From Candidatus Poribacteria bacterium (GTDB lineage: Bacteria > Poribacteria > WGA-4E > WGA-3G): a DNA stretch of 64,000 bases. The stretch spans positions 2,944,001-3,008,000 of the forward strand of contig OZ251518.1 of assembly GCA_965242965.1 (NCBI GenBank), written 5' to 3'. The translations under genes were made by a program, and so were the position numbers. The notes beneath the pieces were generated by a model, which saw only the letters and a program-made list of their open reading frames with translations, was not told the origin of the DNA and did no database searches. Below, one piece after another: positions 9,733 through 20,866 of the stretch (position 1 is its first letter; each line of letters starts with the position of its first letter).

Positions 9733-10833
9733 ATGGAAGCCCACTACCAAGATACCGCGTCCCACATTCGTGTGACAAACCTCACCGCGTTTCCCATGGG
9801 TGTCAAGTCTTATGTCAAGATTGAGACGAACATGGATGTCACCGGTTGGGGTGAAATTAACAACATGGAGCCCACCGTCTCCTGCGCGCTGGCACGTTCG
9901 CTGTCCGAACTCATCATCGGCGAGAACCCGACGCGCATTGAACATCTCTGGCAGCGCATGTTCCGCGCGCATCGCAACATCCGCGGTGGCGGTATCATGG
10001 TGCATACGCTTTCTGCCATTGATATGGCACTCTGGGATATCGCCGGCAAACTCTGGGGCGTGCCAGTGTATCGCCTCCTCGGCGGGCCCTGCCGCGACAA
10101 AATTTGGAAATATCCGAGCCCTAAGGCGATTAAAACCGGTCCCGGCGGTTCCAAACCGTTCGCAGGCACGCCTGACGAGATTGAGGGACTCCTGCAACGC
10201 GTTCGCGAGACAAGAGAAAAAGTCGGTTCCGACGGTGCTGTCATGTTTGACGCACACAGCTGCCTCCCGCCGCCGATTGTCAAGCAATTCGCGAGTTACC
10301 TCAAACCCGACGATTTGCTTTTTTTAGAGGAAGCATGGGTGCCCGGCAACATTGAAGTCATGCGCAAGGTTCGCGAATCTGTCCCTGTGCCTCTCGCTAC
10401 TGGCGAACGCGACCGGACGATTTGGGAGGTGCGCGAAATTTTGGAGGCGCAGGTGATTGACATCTTGCAACCCGATTGCGGGCACGGCGGCGGCATCACG
10501 CAGGTGAAAAAGGTAGCCGCCCTCGCCGAAGCGCATCACGTGCCGATAGCACCGCACTGCACGATGTCCTATCTCGGACTCACCGCCAGTTTCCAACTCG
10601 CCGCGTCCGTGCCGTTCTTCCTTATCCACGAAGGGTATGAGAACGTGTTGCCAGATGGCGTTGCGCACAAGACGTGGGTGATGGACGCAGAGGGATACGT
10701 TTCATTACCGGAAGGCCCGGGCTTAGGCGTTGAGGTTGACGAGGCGCGCGTCATTGAAGTAGGGAATGAATCCGGGAGGCGTTTCACCTGGCCCAATAGC
10801 CGTTTGAGGGACGGTTCTGTTGCTGATTATTAA
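9733..10833 (+). CDS. Mandelate racemase/enolase superfamily sugar-acid dehydratase (DgoD-like)
   Basis: SAIDMALWDIAGK, MFDAH, FLEE, ATGER, LQPD, PGLGV. Confidence 0.88.
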   Translation: MEAHYQDTASHIRVTNLTAFPMGVKSYVKIETNMDVTGWGEINNMEPTVSCALARSLSELIIGENPTRIEHLWQRMFRAHRNIRGGGIMVHTLSAIDMALWDIAGKLWGVPVYRLLGGPCRDKIWKYPSPKAIKTGPGGSKPFAGTPDEIEGLLQRVRETREKVGSDGAVMFDAHSCLPPPIVKQFASYLKPDDLLFLEEAWVPGNIEVMRKVRESVPVPLATGERDRTIWEVREILEAQVIDILQPDCGHGGGITQVKKVAALAEAHHVPIAPHCTMSYLGLTASFQLAASVPFFLIHEGYENVLPDGVAHKTWVMDAEGYVSLPEGPGLGVEVDEARVIEVGNESGRRFTWPNSRLRDGSVADY

Positions 10834-10837
10834 CCGG

Positions 10838-11222
10838 TAGGAGAGACCTCCTGGTCTCGATGTTCCCGTAGCGCGGGGGCCCTCGGATGCCACACGCGCA
10901 TGCGAGCGGGTTCCCCTCGCCATGCGTTTTGCTGTCAGACCTCATCACCCCTGTAGGTCAGGATCGCCTGATCCTGACCTGTTTGCGATCAGGCGATCGC
11001 AAACTACAGAGGTGGGCCCGATACGCACCACATCAAGACCAGGAGGGCGCGCCTACCGGAAGGCATCGAGACCGGGAGGTCTCTCCTACCAGCAGCGCGG
11101 GGGCTATCCACGCGACGTTGAGCGAGTTATGAAACACCCGCACTTAATCCTGGAAATCCTGGAAATCGTGTAAATCCTGCTCGTCATCGTGGAAATCTTG
11201 TAAATCGTGTAAATCCTGCTCC
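10838..11222. repeat. REP cluster with right TIR motif, followed by AAATC(C/G)TG short repeats
   Basis: ..GTTGAGCGAGTTATGAAACACCCGCA ending at about 11142; then GAAATCCTGGAAATCGTGTAAATCCTGCTC-type repeats. Confidence 0.8.
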
Positions 11223-11828
11223 TCATTCAAAAAGTCTCCAGACTTCACACGAAAATCCCGGCACCACCTCTTCCCCTGTCAGCGTGTCTTCGCGCGTGAG
11301 CAACGTGATGTCGGTTTCGGAACGATAGATTGTCACCGTTTGCGCCACTGGTTCGACAACCCAGACGAGCTGCGTGCCGGCATCCAAGTAGTTCAGCACT
11401 TTTTGGACAATCCGAAACTGCACGTCTGATGGAGAGACTACCTCTACCGCCAGGTCTGGTGGAATTTCAAACGCCTTGCGCCGTTCTTCCGGCAGCCGCG
11501 CGTTTGAGATAAACGCGATGTCGGGGATCAGGACGCGCTCGCCGACCTGGAATCCCGTGTCAGGTAGATAGACGCGGCCCAATTGATTCTCACGGACATG
11601 CGCCTGCAAATGCCAATCAATATTGGTGCTAATATCACCGTGTTCGCCTGATGTAGGTGACATCTCTATTAATTCTCCTTTGACGTATTCATATCCCTCT
11701 AAATCGCTCGCGAGGAATTCCTCCAAGGTCATCGCTGGCAGGGAGAGGGGTTCCTGCGCGAAATCTGATTCCTCTGTTGGTGGGGGTTGGATGCCCACTT
11801 CCGCGGGGTGAACTTGCGGTATGCTCAT
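11223..11828 (-). CDS. Uma2 family endonuclease-fold protein
   Basis: YEYVKGEL, PDIAF, PDLAVEVVSPSD, YLDAG.LVWVV. Confidence 0.9.
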   Translation of the reverse strand: MSIPQVHPAEVGIQPPPTEESDFAQEPLSLPAMTLEEFLASDLEGYEYVKGELIEMSPTSGEHGDISTNIDWHLQAHVRENQLGRVYLPDTGFQVGERVLIPDIAFISNARLPEERRKAFEIPPDLAVEVVSPSDVQFRIVQKVLNYLDAGTQLVWVVEPVAQTVTIYRSETDITLLTREDTLTGEEVVPGFSCEVWRLFE

Positions 11829-11846
11829 GTTTTTCTCCTCTTAATC

Positions 11847-12066
11847 TGAGGGTGTTTCATATATCGCTCAACGTCGCGGGGGACAGGCCCCCGCGCTACG
11901 ATAAAAATCAGACGCTCCTCAGTAGGTCAGGATCGCCTGATCCTGACCCATTCGGGAGCGGGCGCTCCCGAACTACAGAGGTGGGCCCGATGCCTTCCGG
12001 TAGGAGAGACATTGAGACCGGGAGGGCGCGCCAACCGGGAAGGCATCAATTTATGAAACACCCTCC
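11847..12066. mobile_element. MITE-like TIR-bounded REP cassette
   Basis: TGAGGGTGTTTCATATATCGCTCAACGTCGCG ... TTATGAAACACCCTC; TTAA near both ends. Confidence 0.7.
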
Positions 12067-13440
12067 TTAATCTATCCACTCCATCGTTTGCCGGAGTTTC
12101 TCTTTGGCTTTCGCGTGGTCCCGGCGTGCCTGATAGAAGACGCGTTGCGCCTCGGTGAACTGCGCCTGCGCTTGGAATGCATCGTCAAATGTCAACCCGC
12201 GATAATTTGGCAATTCTACCGTGACTTCATCCAGCACGCGCTCAATTGCACGGAGCCGTTGCTCATAGATTTCCACGCGCCGCTGCTCAATCTCAATTCG
12301 TTCTTGCGCATTGGCGACAGCACGGTAATCGCGGCGGACTGCGACGCGGAGGAGGTCGCGCTTTTCGGCGGCATCCAAGTGGAGTCGCTCAAGTTCGGCG
12401 AGTTCTGCCGAGCGCAGGTTCTCTGTCTGTTTCCCATCGAAGAGCGGCAGGTTGAGATTGAACTGCAGTGCCCATCCCTCTTCGGCGCGGGGCGTGCGTT
12501 CAAAAATGCTCGGCACATCGCGTTCTCTGTCCAAAAGCACCGGCGTGTAGCGTGCGGTTGCATCCCACGTCCGTTTGCCGGGGTGCTGCTCCAATAACAC
12601 GCGCAGGTCGCGATAGCGTGCCTCGGCTGACACTTCCGGGAACCGGTTCCAGAGTGTTTCGCCGACGATGCGTTCTTGACGCGCGATGTCCCCCGCCAGG
12701 TCTCGCAGAGTGAGGCTATTTTTCAATGCCAGTTCGACAGCGGCTTCCAGCGTGATGTCATCCGCCGGCAAGGGTTGCGCGAGAGTGACGTTTGTGAGCG
12801 GGTCCAACCCGGTGAGCCGGATGAGTTCCGCCGTGTCCACGTCTAAGCGCCGCTGGAGTTCGTTCAAGGCGAGTTGCTGCTCCGATAATTCGAGTTCGGT
12901 ATTGAGGCGGCTCAGGAACAGCACGCGCTTTTTTTCGTGCTTAATTTGCGTGCCTTTGAGTTTTTTGACGAGTTCCACCTCAATCGCGCGGCGTTGGGCA
13001 ATCTCTTCCTGCGTCAAAATCATATCGTGCCAGAGGTTGCGGAGTTGGGAGATAACGTCTTTTTTAACGCGTTCCAACGCAATCGTCGATTTGCGGACGG
13101 CTTCCTGCGCCGTGTCTAACCCTTCTGGCACTTCACCGAATTGTGCGAGCAGCACGCTCAATTGGGCGCGGGAGAGGTAGTCCCACTCGTCGCTCGCGCC
13201 GTCCTTTTGGCGTTGATATTCGCCGGTGACACCTACCTGTGGCAGATAGATGGCGCGTGAGATGCGGTGATGTGCCTCGGCACGTGCCACGACTTTCTCG
13301 GCTTTTTTGACGGCCGCGTTGTTTTTCAAGGTGAGTTCGATGGCGCGTGCCGGCGTGAGGATGACGTGGCGTTGCGCGGGGACAGCACGGACGGCGAGTA
13401 AGAGTAAGCAGAGTGTCAGTGCTGTCAGTCGTGTGTTCAT
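12067..13440 (-). CDS. TolC family outer-membrane efflux protein
   Basis: Signal peptide; two OEP-like halves (AIELTLKNN..YLPQV, AVELALKNS..FPEV), NLPLFDG, long helices. Confidence 0.8.
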   Translation of the reverse strand: MNTRLTALTLCLLLLAVRAVPAQRHVILTPARAIELTLKNNAAVKKAEKVVARAEAHHRISRAIYLPQVGVTGEYQRQKDGASDEWDYLSRAQLSVLLAQFGEVPEGLDTAQEAVRKSTIALERVKKDVISQLRNLWHDMILTQEEIAQRRAIEVELVKKLKGTQIKHEKKRVLFLSRLNTELELSEQQLALNELQRRLDVDTAELIRLTGLDPLTNVTLAQPLPADDITLEAAVELALKNSLTLRDLAGDIARQERIVGETLWNRFPEVSAEARYRDLRVLLEQHPGKRTWDATARYTPVLLDRERDVPSIFERTPRAEEGWALQFNLNLPLFDGKQTENLRSAELAELERLHLDAAEKRDLLRVAVRRDYRAVANAQERIEIEQRRVEIYEQRLRAIERVLDEVTVELPNYRGLTFDDAFQAQAQFTEAQRVFYQARRDHAKAKEKLRQTMEWID

Positions 13441-13506
13441 GGTTGTGTTGCGTCTCCTCTCTGTCTGGCGCGGGACAAGCCTTCGCGCGACGATAACAGC
13501 CGGTTT

Positions 13507-15825
13507 TCATCGGCGGCTAATCCGAATCGTCACAATAGCGATACCGATGACGAGGAGGATTAACGCCACGAACAGCAGCGTCTGGATGGACAGTTGCGTC
13601 TGTGACTCCACCTTCACCGTGATGGAGCGTTCGCGTGCCTCCTCCTTCCGATTATCCACCGTGACTTCGGCGTTCAGTTTCGCCTCGTATTCCCCGACAC
13701 TGATGTCCGCGGGCGGGTTCAACGCGACCTGAATCTCCTTCTCTTCATTCCGTTTCAGCGCACGGATGACTTCGGGTGACACCGTATAGTTCCACTCGGT
13801 GTTCACTTCTACCACCATGCGGATATCCACCAAGTCCCGCGTGCCAATGTTTTTCAACGTCGCAGTCAGTTGCACCGGTTCTCCCACCTGAATCGTCTGG
13901 AACGCGTTCGGGACGAAGAGTTCAATCTCCGGCACGCCTTTTGGAATTAGTTCAAACCGCTCGATGCCGCCTTGGATGTCCGCTATCCGTTCAGGTGCTA
14001 AGTCCAGCCGGTTGTTGCCGCCGCCGAGGGCGTTCGCCTCCGCTTCATCAAGCACCGCGACGTAAAATTCCAGCGTGTTATCGAGATAGGCGGCATCCAA
14101 TTCTTCCGGCAGATACACAATCAGTTGCAACTGCCGCTTGGATTGTTCTTGTGTAAACTTCACCTGCGACTGCCGCGATTGTGTCTCGGGGTCTTGAAAT
14201 TCAAACGTGAGGCGATTTAGCAGGTTAATGACGCGCAACTGAAACGTGTTCTCTGTCTCTGCCAACCGGTCCAACGTCAAATCGTATGTGACGCTACTGC
14301 CGAGATTGCCCTCTTGTGAAAACCGCAACGAACTGACATTGACGACATCCAACGCCGATTCCTTCTGCAGGTAAATCAGCCGCCTATCGGGCTCGGTTAA
14401 CTCCGGATAGTTGAGCGACACCTTCAGGCTCTCCACATCTTTTTGGAGTTGGAACGTCAAGTCCACCGTTTCATTATAGCCGAGCACCGGAATTTTGGCT
14501 TCGTAAGGTTTGACGATGTTCGTGTCATCGGTGACATCTAACAACGATACATAAATTGAACGGATTTCATTGGCGGCGGCGATTTCCGCCGGGGTTGCAT
14601 TCATCGGCATCGCCTCTGTCGTGGAGGTATTCTTCAACTGCAGCGTCACCATCATTTGCCCCCCTGTGCCGCTGTCCACCCGGAACTTCTTCGCACTTAA
14701 AATCGAGATGTAGCGCGTGTCTTCCTCCAAGTGGATTTTATAGGGATAATCCTTGTCAAGGTAGCGCAGATTGACGGTGAGGCTGTCCACATTCCGGCGG
14801 AGTTCAAAGTCCAGCAACTTCTCCTGTCCATCCTTGAGCGTCGGAATGCGATGCTCGTAGGGGTACCCGATGATAGCCTCGGTGTCATCCTTGATGGCGA
14901 CATAAACGTTGTTGATTTCCTGCGCCGTCGATTGGGCATCGGTGTCCGCCGCTGTATCATCAATGCTTGTCACGGCACCGTAGGTGAGGATGACCTCTAA
15001 TCGCCGCCTGTCCCCCTCTTTGTAGCGGCGCGCCGAAACGACAGAAATGTAAGGGTCTTCCTGTTTCAAGTGGATGTTGCGTTCGTCGACAATATCAAGA
15101 TAATCCAATTCAACGATGACGCTGCGCACATCTTCTTTGATAAGTTCAAACTCCAGCGTCACCGCCTCGCCTTCTTTCAACGTCTCGATGCGGCGTTGGT
15201 AAGGTTCGGCGATGATGGCACCGCTGCGGCCGTAATCCTCTGCCTCTTTAATAGAGACGAAGATGTCATCCACCTGCGCGCTCACGACAACCTCGCGCCC
15301 GAGCACTTTGGAACTCTCGGTGAGCGTGACAGGCAGCGAACTGTTGCGCAGCGTAATCGAGAACAGTTCCCGGCCGTCACGCGATTCATAGAGCCGCGTG
15401 CTTTCGACGGTGATGTGCCAGGCATCCTTCAACGAATCGAGCTCCACCTGTTGCAGATTCAGTTTCGCCTTTTCATATTCGGCGATGGCGCGTTTATGCT
15501 CTTCCTCGGCACGATTCACCTCCGAGACGGTGACGATGTTGTTCTCTTCACGCATCATCGCCTGCAGATTTTCGAGTTCAATCTGCTTCTCTTTCATCAG
15601 GTTCTCGGCGAGTTCCATCTCCAAACGGGCGCGTTCAATGGCGATTTCACGACTCTGCTCATCTCTCGTCTTCGCCGATGCGTCCCCCTCCTGCGCAAAC
15701 AGCGGCGACAGTGACACCGCTGCCAGCAGGCACACGATGCAACTGCAGACGATGACAGCTTCGGCGAGAAAACGTGAGTGCACGGGAAACATCCCCGAAC
15801 GCAGTGCGCCAAACAAAAACATCAC
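13507..15825 (-). CDS. Exported protein with coiled coil, 3 repeated beta domains, NEW3-like Ig domain and C-terminal TM anchor
   Basis: Signal peptide; coiled coil around aa 55-135; repeats of IYVS..D...I..PYE..I..L; LKNIG..DL...VGEYE; TM followed by RISRR. Confidence 0.75.
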   Translation of the reverse strand: MMFLFGALRSGMFPVHSRFLAEAVIVCSCIVCLLAAVSLSPLFAQEGDASAKTRDEQSREIAIERARLEMELAENLMKEKQIELENLQAMMREENNIVTVSEVNRAEEEHKRAIAEYEKAKLNLQQVELDSLKDAWHITVESTRLYESRDGRELFSITLRNSSLPVTLTESSKVLGREVVVSAQVDDIFVSIKEAEDYGRSGAIIAEPYQRRIETLKEGEAVTLEFELIKEDVRSVIVELDYLDIVDERNIHLKQEDPYISVVSARRYKEGDRRRLEVILTYGAVTSIDDTAADTDAQSTAQEINNVYVAIKDDTEAIIGYPYEHRIPTLKDGQEKLLDFELRRNVDSLTVNLRYLDKDYPYKIHLEEDTRYISILSAKKFRVDSGTGGQMMVTLQLKNTSTTEAMPMNATPAEIAAANEIRSIYVSLLDVTDDTNIVKPYEAKIPVLGYNETVDLTFQLQKDVESLKVSLNYPELTEPDRRLIYLQKESALDVVNVSSLRFSQEGNLGSSVTYDLTLDRLAETENTFQLRVINLLNRLTFEFQDPETQSRQSQVKFTQEQSKRQLQLIVYLPEELDAAYLDNTLEFYVAVLDEAEANALGGGNNRLDLAPERIADIQGGIERFELIPKGVPEIELFVPNAFQTIQVGEPVQLTATLKNIGTRDLVDIRMVVEVNTEWNYTVSPEVIRALKRNEEKEIQVALNPPADISVGEYEAKLNAEVTVDNRKEEARERSITVKVESQTQLSIQTLLFVALILLVIGIAIVTIRISRR

Positions 15826-16556
15826 TCGCTCTCCTCCTCTGCCGGTTCATACCCGGCGACGTACCGAAGATACAACGCCTCCAGATTCTCCTCGGCTATC
15901 TCCTCGCGCGTCAACTCGCGCTCCAGCGTGCCGGCTACCAGAATGCCGATTTTGTCGGCTATCGCCTTGGCGCGGAAGATGTCATGCGTGGACATGAAGA
16001 TGGCTTTCCCTTCCTCCCGCAAGTCACGGAGCAAATTCAAGAAATCCGCACCACCCTTCGGATCCAACCCCGATGTCGGCTCATCCAACAGCACGGCTTG
16101 CGCATTCTTCATCATCGCAATCGCAATACCGAGACGCTGCCGCATCCCTTTAGAAAACGTCTTCACCCGCCGCGTGAACGCCGCTTCTGGTAACCCGACG
16201 CGTCCAAGGGTAGCATCCAGTTCGTCGTTGGATACCTTCTTCCTGCCGCCCAGTTTCGCAAAAAACGCCAAGTTCTGCCGCGCCGTAAAGTTGCGATAGA
16301 GCTCCACATTCTCCGAGACGTAGGCCAAATGCCGCTTCGCAGCCAGCGGAAACTTCGGAATCTCAATATCACCGATGAGTGCCGTGCCGCTTGTTGGTTC
16401 AATGAAGTTGAGCAACATTGATATCGTCGTGCTTTTCCCCGCGCCATTCGCGCCGAGCACGACGTAGATTTCACCCGCGTTGACGGTGAGGTTCAAGGCA
16501 TTCACCGCCAACACCGTCTCGTTGAACACTTTCGTTAAGTCACGCGTTTGTAACAT
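15822..16556 (-). CDS. ABC transporter ATP-binding protein
   Basis: Walker A GANGAGKST, FSKGMRQR, LLDEPTSG, STH. Confidence 0.95.
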   Translation of the reverse strand: MLQTRDLTKVFNETVLAVNALNLTVNAGEIYVVLGANGAGKSTTISMLLNFIEPTSGTALIGDIEIPKFPLAAKRHLAYVSENVELYRNFTARQNLAFFAKLGGRKKVSNDELDATLGRVGLPEAAFTRRVKTFSKGMRQRLGIAIAMMKNAQAVLLDEPTSGLDPKGGADFLNLLRDLREEGKAIFMSTHDIFRAKAIADKIGILVAGTLERELTREEIAEENLEALYLRYVAGYEPAEEESE

Positions 16557-16669
16557 GAAGAACCTCCGTTTACGGTCAGGTTTGTTTGAGCCTCGCGTTG
16601 CAGGTTTTCCTGAAACGCGTTCTTTTGGTAAGTAGTTTGTTCTATACGATGAAAAAACGTCTCCCTTCA

Positions 16670-17225
16670 CGTAGGGCGAGGGCCTGTCCCTAGCCATGCG
16701 TTTGGCTTCAGACCGCCTCACTCCTGTAGGTCAGGATCGCCTGATCCTGAACTGTTCGGGAGCGGGTGCTCCCGAACTACAAAGGTGGGCCCAATGCCTG
16801 CCGGTAGGAGAGACCTTCTGGTCTCGATGCGAGCAATGTTCCCGTAGGAAAGCCCTCCCAGTTTCTATGTTATTATACCTTATTTCCTGACAAAAATTCA
16901 GAAAAAAGGGTGTCTATTGATATGAACTACAGAGTTATTCCGTTCGCGAAAAAAACTGCCTTAAGCCTTACACACCTGTGATGCCAAAAGGTTGCATCTT
17001 TTTTGGCTCAGTTCAGGTTTGCGAGGGACAGGCCCTCGCGCTACGATGAAAAAAACGCCTCCCCTTCACGTAGGGCTTGGGCCCTCGCATGCCATACGCG
17101 CAGGCGAGCGGGTTTCCCTCGCCACGCGTTTTGCTGTCAGACTGCATTCCCCCTGTAGGTCAGGATCGCCAGATCCTGACCTGTTCGGGTGCAGGCGCAC
17201 CCGAACTACAGAGGTGGGCCCAATG
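16670..17225. repeat. Two REP clusters flanking an AT-rich spacer
   Basis: GTAG palindrome families at 16670-16865 and 17020-17225. Confidence 0.85.
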
Positions 17226-17230
17226 CCCCC

Positions 17231-18676
17231 TCACTTCACCTCGCTCTTCAAAAACGAAATCTGCGCGATGATGAAAAACAACGCATTAAATAGAATTAAC
17301 AACCCCACCGGCATCAGCACGCTTTCGTATGAGAGCCGCTCTTTAAATTGCGGCACAGCATTCGGGTTCACCGGTTTTTGGGACAATCCCTCTTTCACGG
17401 GATAGATGTGCAGACTGCCCGGGTCGCTTCTATCCTCCGTTTTGACGAAATCGGTAAACGTTTGCCGATACCGACGCGCCTGCTTGACGAAATTCATATA
17501 ACTGCCAATCCCCGTGTTTGCGAGGGCTTCCATCGCCTGTTGGAAGCACGCCAGGGGCGAAAACTGCGTCAGGTCTCGGGCGAGTTGCACCTGTCGTAAC
17601 TGCCGGTCGATCTGGGCATCAGCCAGCTGCGTTTCCGTATCTCTGCGCTTGAGAAAGTAAGTGGCCCATCGGCGCGTCGCCTCGGGGTTTTCGGCAGATG
17701 GGGATTTTTGCAACCGTGTCGAGTGGGGGTGCCGAAATTCTTCTTCGATTTGCGCCAATTGTGCTGATTTCTGTAACGCAACTTCGTCAATCGAAGGAAT
17801 AGGATTCAGGTTGCCGACAAAGGTGCCGAGCAGACTCGGAAAGGCGAACGCAAGGCAGACCCAGGTTAACAAAAGCCAGACTAAACTCGTGATAGAGTTG
17901 GAGACACGACTGGAGACAAACAGCCCGAGGAAGATGAAACTTGAAACCAGCAGTGCCATGAGCCCTACCATGCCGAGGATGCGCAGCCACTCGCCGCCTG
18001 CCAGCGGGATACTTTTGGTAAGCAGGAGCACCAGCAAATTCATCAGGATACCGATGGCGAGGGGCACCATGAGCGTGAGAAACGCCCCGAGGTATTTGGC
18101 GAACAGCACCTGTCCGCGGGAGACCGGATTTGACATGATGAGGCTCAGTGTGCCGCGGGCGCGCTCGCCGGCGATGGCATCAAACGTGAACAAGATAGTG
18201 AAGAAACTCATGAGAATCCCGATGAACACCCAGTCTAGCTTGATGCGTTGTGTCGCCTGTCCACTCTCACTCGGCAGCGGATATTGTAATGTCCACGGAG
18301 AATTCCATGCGTAAGGTTCCAAATCGCCAAAGCCGCTGCGGCTACTTTGAATGTTGCCTGACATCACGACGAATTTCGGGATGACTTCGTCGGCACCATC
18401 GGCGCAGAATGTCAGCGGGCTGGGCCGCTTGGAAAGGAGCCTGGGTCCGCTGATGGCTAACGCCGCCAGACTCTCCGCTGCTGACGCTTTGAGTCCGGTG
18501 CTCGTTCTGGATACACGTTGCTGATGCGCGTTGTTTTCTGCCATCCAACCGCCGCCGGCTAAGCCGTAGATGAGCGCGTTCGCTAGCATCAGGAGCGGCA
18601 GCAGGAGGAGCATTAACGCGAATCTCAGCGTCGTGAGGTTATGATAGATTTCTTTCGTTGCAATGTGCCAAATCAT
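17231..18676 (-). CDS. ABC-2 type permease (type B)
   Basis: IATKE, FDAIAGERARGTLSL, FAKYLG; six TM with large external loops. Confidence 0.88.
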   Translation of the reverse strand: MIWHIATKEIYHNLTTLRFALMLLLLPLLMLANALIYGLAGGGWMAENNAHQQRVSRTSTGLKASAAESLAALAISGPRLLSKRPSPLTFCADGADEVIPKFVVMSGNIQSSRSGFGDLEPYAWNSPWTLQYPLPSESGQATQRIKLDWVFIGILMSFFTILFTFDAIAGERARGTLSLIMSNPVSRGQVLFAKYLGAFLTLMVPLAIGILMNLLVLLLTKSIPLAGGEWLRILGMVGLMALLVSSFIFLGLFVSSRVSNSITSLVWLLLTWVCLAFAFPSLLGTFVGNLNPIPSIDEVALQKSAQLAQIEEEFRHPHSTRLQKSPSAENPEATRRWATYFLKRRDTETQLADAQIDRQLRQVQLARDLTQFSPLACFQQAMEALANTGIGSYMNFVKQARRYRQTFTDFVKTEDRSDPGSLHIYPVKEGLSQKPVNPNAVPQFKERLSYESVLMPVGLLILFNALFFIIAQISFLKSEVK

Positions 18677-18769
18677 TTGGAACTCCTTTGAGATCAGATA
18701 CCCACCCTGGTAGACGCGGTTTCTAACGGCGCAGACTTGCGGTGAGCGCGCCTACCGTTCGCGATGCCC

Positions 18770-20317
18770 TCAACTCAAGTCAGAGCGGAGGAACGAGACA
18801 TACGCCGCCAGAAACAGGATGATATTCCATGCGACTAAAATCAGAATGTCGCCCGCGGCGCGCGAGAAGCTTTCTGATAGCGACGGCCGCCGGTGCTGAA
18901 AAACGGGCATATCGGTGAGCACCGCCTCGCCCCGGTCGCTGGAAAACCACTCCCGCGAGGAAAACGCCGCTCTATCGGTGAGGTAGGCAACCAGTTGCCG
19001 CCTATAGGTACGCGTGGCGGACAGAAAATCGGTGTAACTCTCCCTGCCGGTGCCAGCGAGCGTGCCGACAGCAAAACTATAGACATCGGCGAAGGAGAGC
19101 CGCGAGATGTCCGCTGCCAATTGCGCGTGCTTTGCGGCGGCTTGACTCGGCTGATTCAGCACTGCCTCGACTTTCTCTGCATAGCGAATGCGCAGCGGTT
19201 CCTGATACCCTAGGATGTCCTGAAAAACGGACAAGTCGGCGTGCTCAATATTGCTCACGCGATAGGTATCTTTAAAATACCACGGGGCTGTAACAGAACC
19301 GTGATTTGTTTCGCTTGCAAGTGCTTTGGATGGATAGGAAATTGCATCTTGCGGATTCTTCCAGTCGGCCGCCTGTTCCTGGCCTCTCTGTTTCACATAG
19401 GCGTTCCGTTCTTTTTTGAAGTCTTCCCAGACTTGATGGGCTTCTTGAAAAACCGGTCGGAAAGATTCCTCCGTTGCCTGCGAGGGAAAAAGTCGCTCCA
19501 CGGCGAACGTCGCAACATTTGAATGGACGGTTGTCACAATCACCCAGACAAACATGGACAGGATGAGCGTTGTGGCCGCCGTCTTCGTCCAGACAGAAAA
19601 CAGCAGTCCGAGCAGATACCACGTTGAGACATACACCAATGAGACAGCGAAGATGAGCGCGATGTATCCCAGGTCATTTCCATCAAAGGCTGTCGCCGGT
19701 GAGGCGTAGGCAAAAAGGAGCGCGAACAGGAGACTCACGCCAACGATGGGCAGCAGCGAGCACATCCCACCCAAGTATTTCCCGAGCACTATCGTGTCCC
19801 TCGGCACGGCGTTTGATAACACCAGTTTGAGGGTGCCGTCCTCTCTTTCTCCTGAAATCGCGTTGTAAGCGAACAGAATCGCCAACGCACTGAGCACGAT
19901 TTTGAAGATGAACGTCACATCCACCGACAGAAAAATCGAGAGGAAGGGATTGTCCGTGCCCATCTTCTGAATGGGGGCGAAGAACCCGCCATGCGGTCCG
20001 CTCCAAATCGGGGTGGCGGGTTCAACACTCACGGTATTGCCACCGAAGGTTTCCATCCCGACGTGAAAGATGCCGAGGGGGTTCGGCTTTCGGTGTGCTT
20101 TCGGATTGATTTCAGAGTAGATATCCCACGTCCGTGCTTCCCTCTGTGATGCCCGCGCGGCGGTGTGGTAAGCCGTCAACCGTTTTTCGTAATCGTCGAC
20201 TTGCACCATCACGGCGACACCGGTAGCGAGCAGGCATACCAGAAATCCGATGATGAAGCGCGATGTCAGCACATTGGAGATAACTTCGCGGCGGATAATC
20301 AGCCAAAGTATTTGCAT
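18770..20317 (-). CDS. ABC-2 type permease (type A)
   Basis: IIRRE, YNAISGEREDGTLKL, GKYLG; AGGAGG RBS. Confidence 0.88.
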   Translation of the reverse strand: MQILWLIIRREVISNVLTSRFIIGFLVCLLATGVAVMVQVDDYEKRLTAYHTAARASQREARTWDIYSEINPKAHRKPNPLGIFHVGMETFGGNTVSVEPATPIWSGPHGGFFAPIQKMGTDNPFLSIFLSVDVTFIFKIVLSALAILFAYNAISGEREDGTLKLVLSNAVPRDTIVLGKYLGGMCSLLPIVGVSLLFALLFAYASPATAFDGNDLGYIALIFAVSLVYVSTWYLLGLLFSVWTKTAATTLILSMFVWVIVTTVHSNVATFAVERLFPSQATEESFRPVFQEAHQVWEDFKKERNAYVKQRGQEQAADWKNPQDAISYPSKALASETNHGSVTAPWYFKDTYRVSNIEHADLSVFQDILGYQEPLRIRYAEKVEAVLNQPSQAAAKHAQLAADISRLSFADVYSFAVGTLAGTGRESYTDFLSATRTYRRQLVAYLTDRAAFSSREWFSSDRGEAVLTDMPVFQHRRPSLSESFSRAAGDILILVAWNIILFLAAYVSFLRSDLS

Positions 20318-20388
20318 AAACCAACCTCCTAATGTAAAATAAAAAATGAGCAGGATTTTCAAGATTTACAAGATTAGCACGATGAGTC

Positions 20389-20835
20389 CGTAGCGCGGGG
20401 GCCTGTCCCCCGCGATCGCACGCGTGCCCCAGAGACTGTAGTTCGGGCTCGCCTAATTCCGAACGGGTCAAGAGCACGGCCTCCTCACTACCGTAGCGCG
20501 GGGGCCTGTCCCCCGCGATCGTTCGCGTGCCCCAGAGCACGGCGAGGGACAGGCCCTCGCCCTACGGTGAAACGGAGACGGCCTTGCATACCGTAGCGCG
20601 GGGGCCTGTCCCCCGCGATCGCTCGACCTGTGCGAAAACCGCACGCCGGCCAAGGCCGTTTCCCGTTCCGATCGAGGCACGGCGAGGGACAGGCCCTCGC
20701 CCTACGGTGAAACGGAGACGGCCTTGCATACCGTAGCGCGGGGGCCCTCGGATGCCACCCGCGCATCCGAGCGGGTTTCCCCCGCGATCTCCCGCGTGCC
20801 CGATGGCCTGGCGAAGGACAGGTCCTCGCCCTACG
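20389..20835. repeat. REP cluster with an internal tandem duplication
   Basis: GGCGAGGGACAGGCCCTCGCCCTACGGTGAAACGGAGACGGCCTTGCATACCGTAGCGCGGGG occurs twice (about 20541 and 20681). Confidence 0.9.
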
Positions 20836-20866
20836 GGTATATGTGACGCATCAACCACATTAGGTG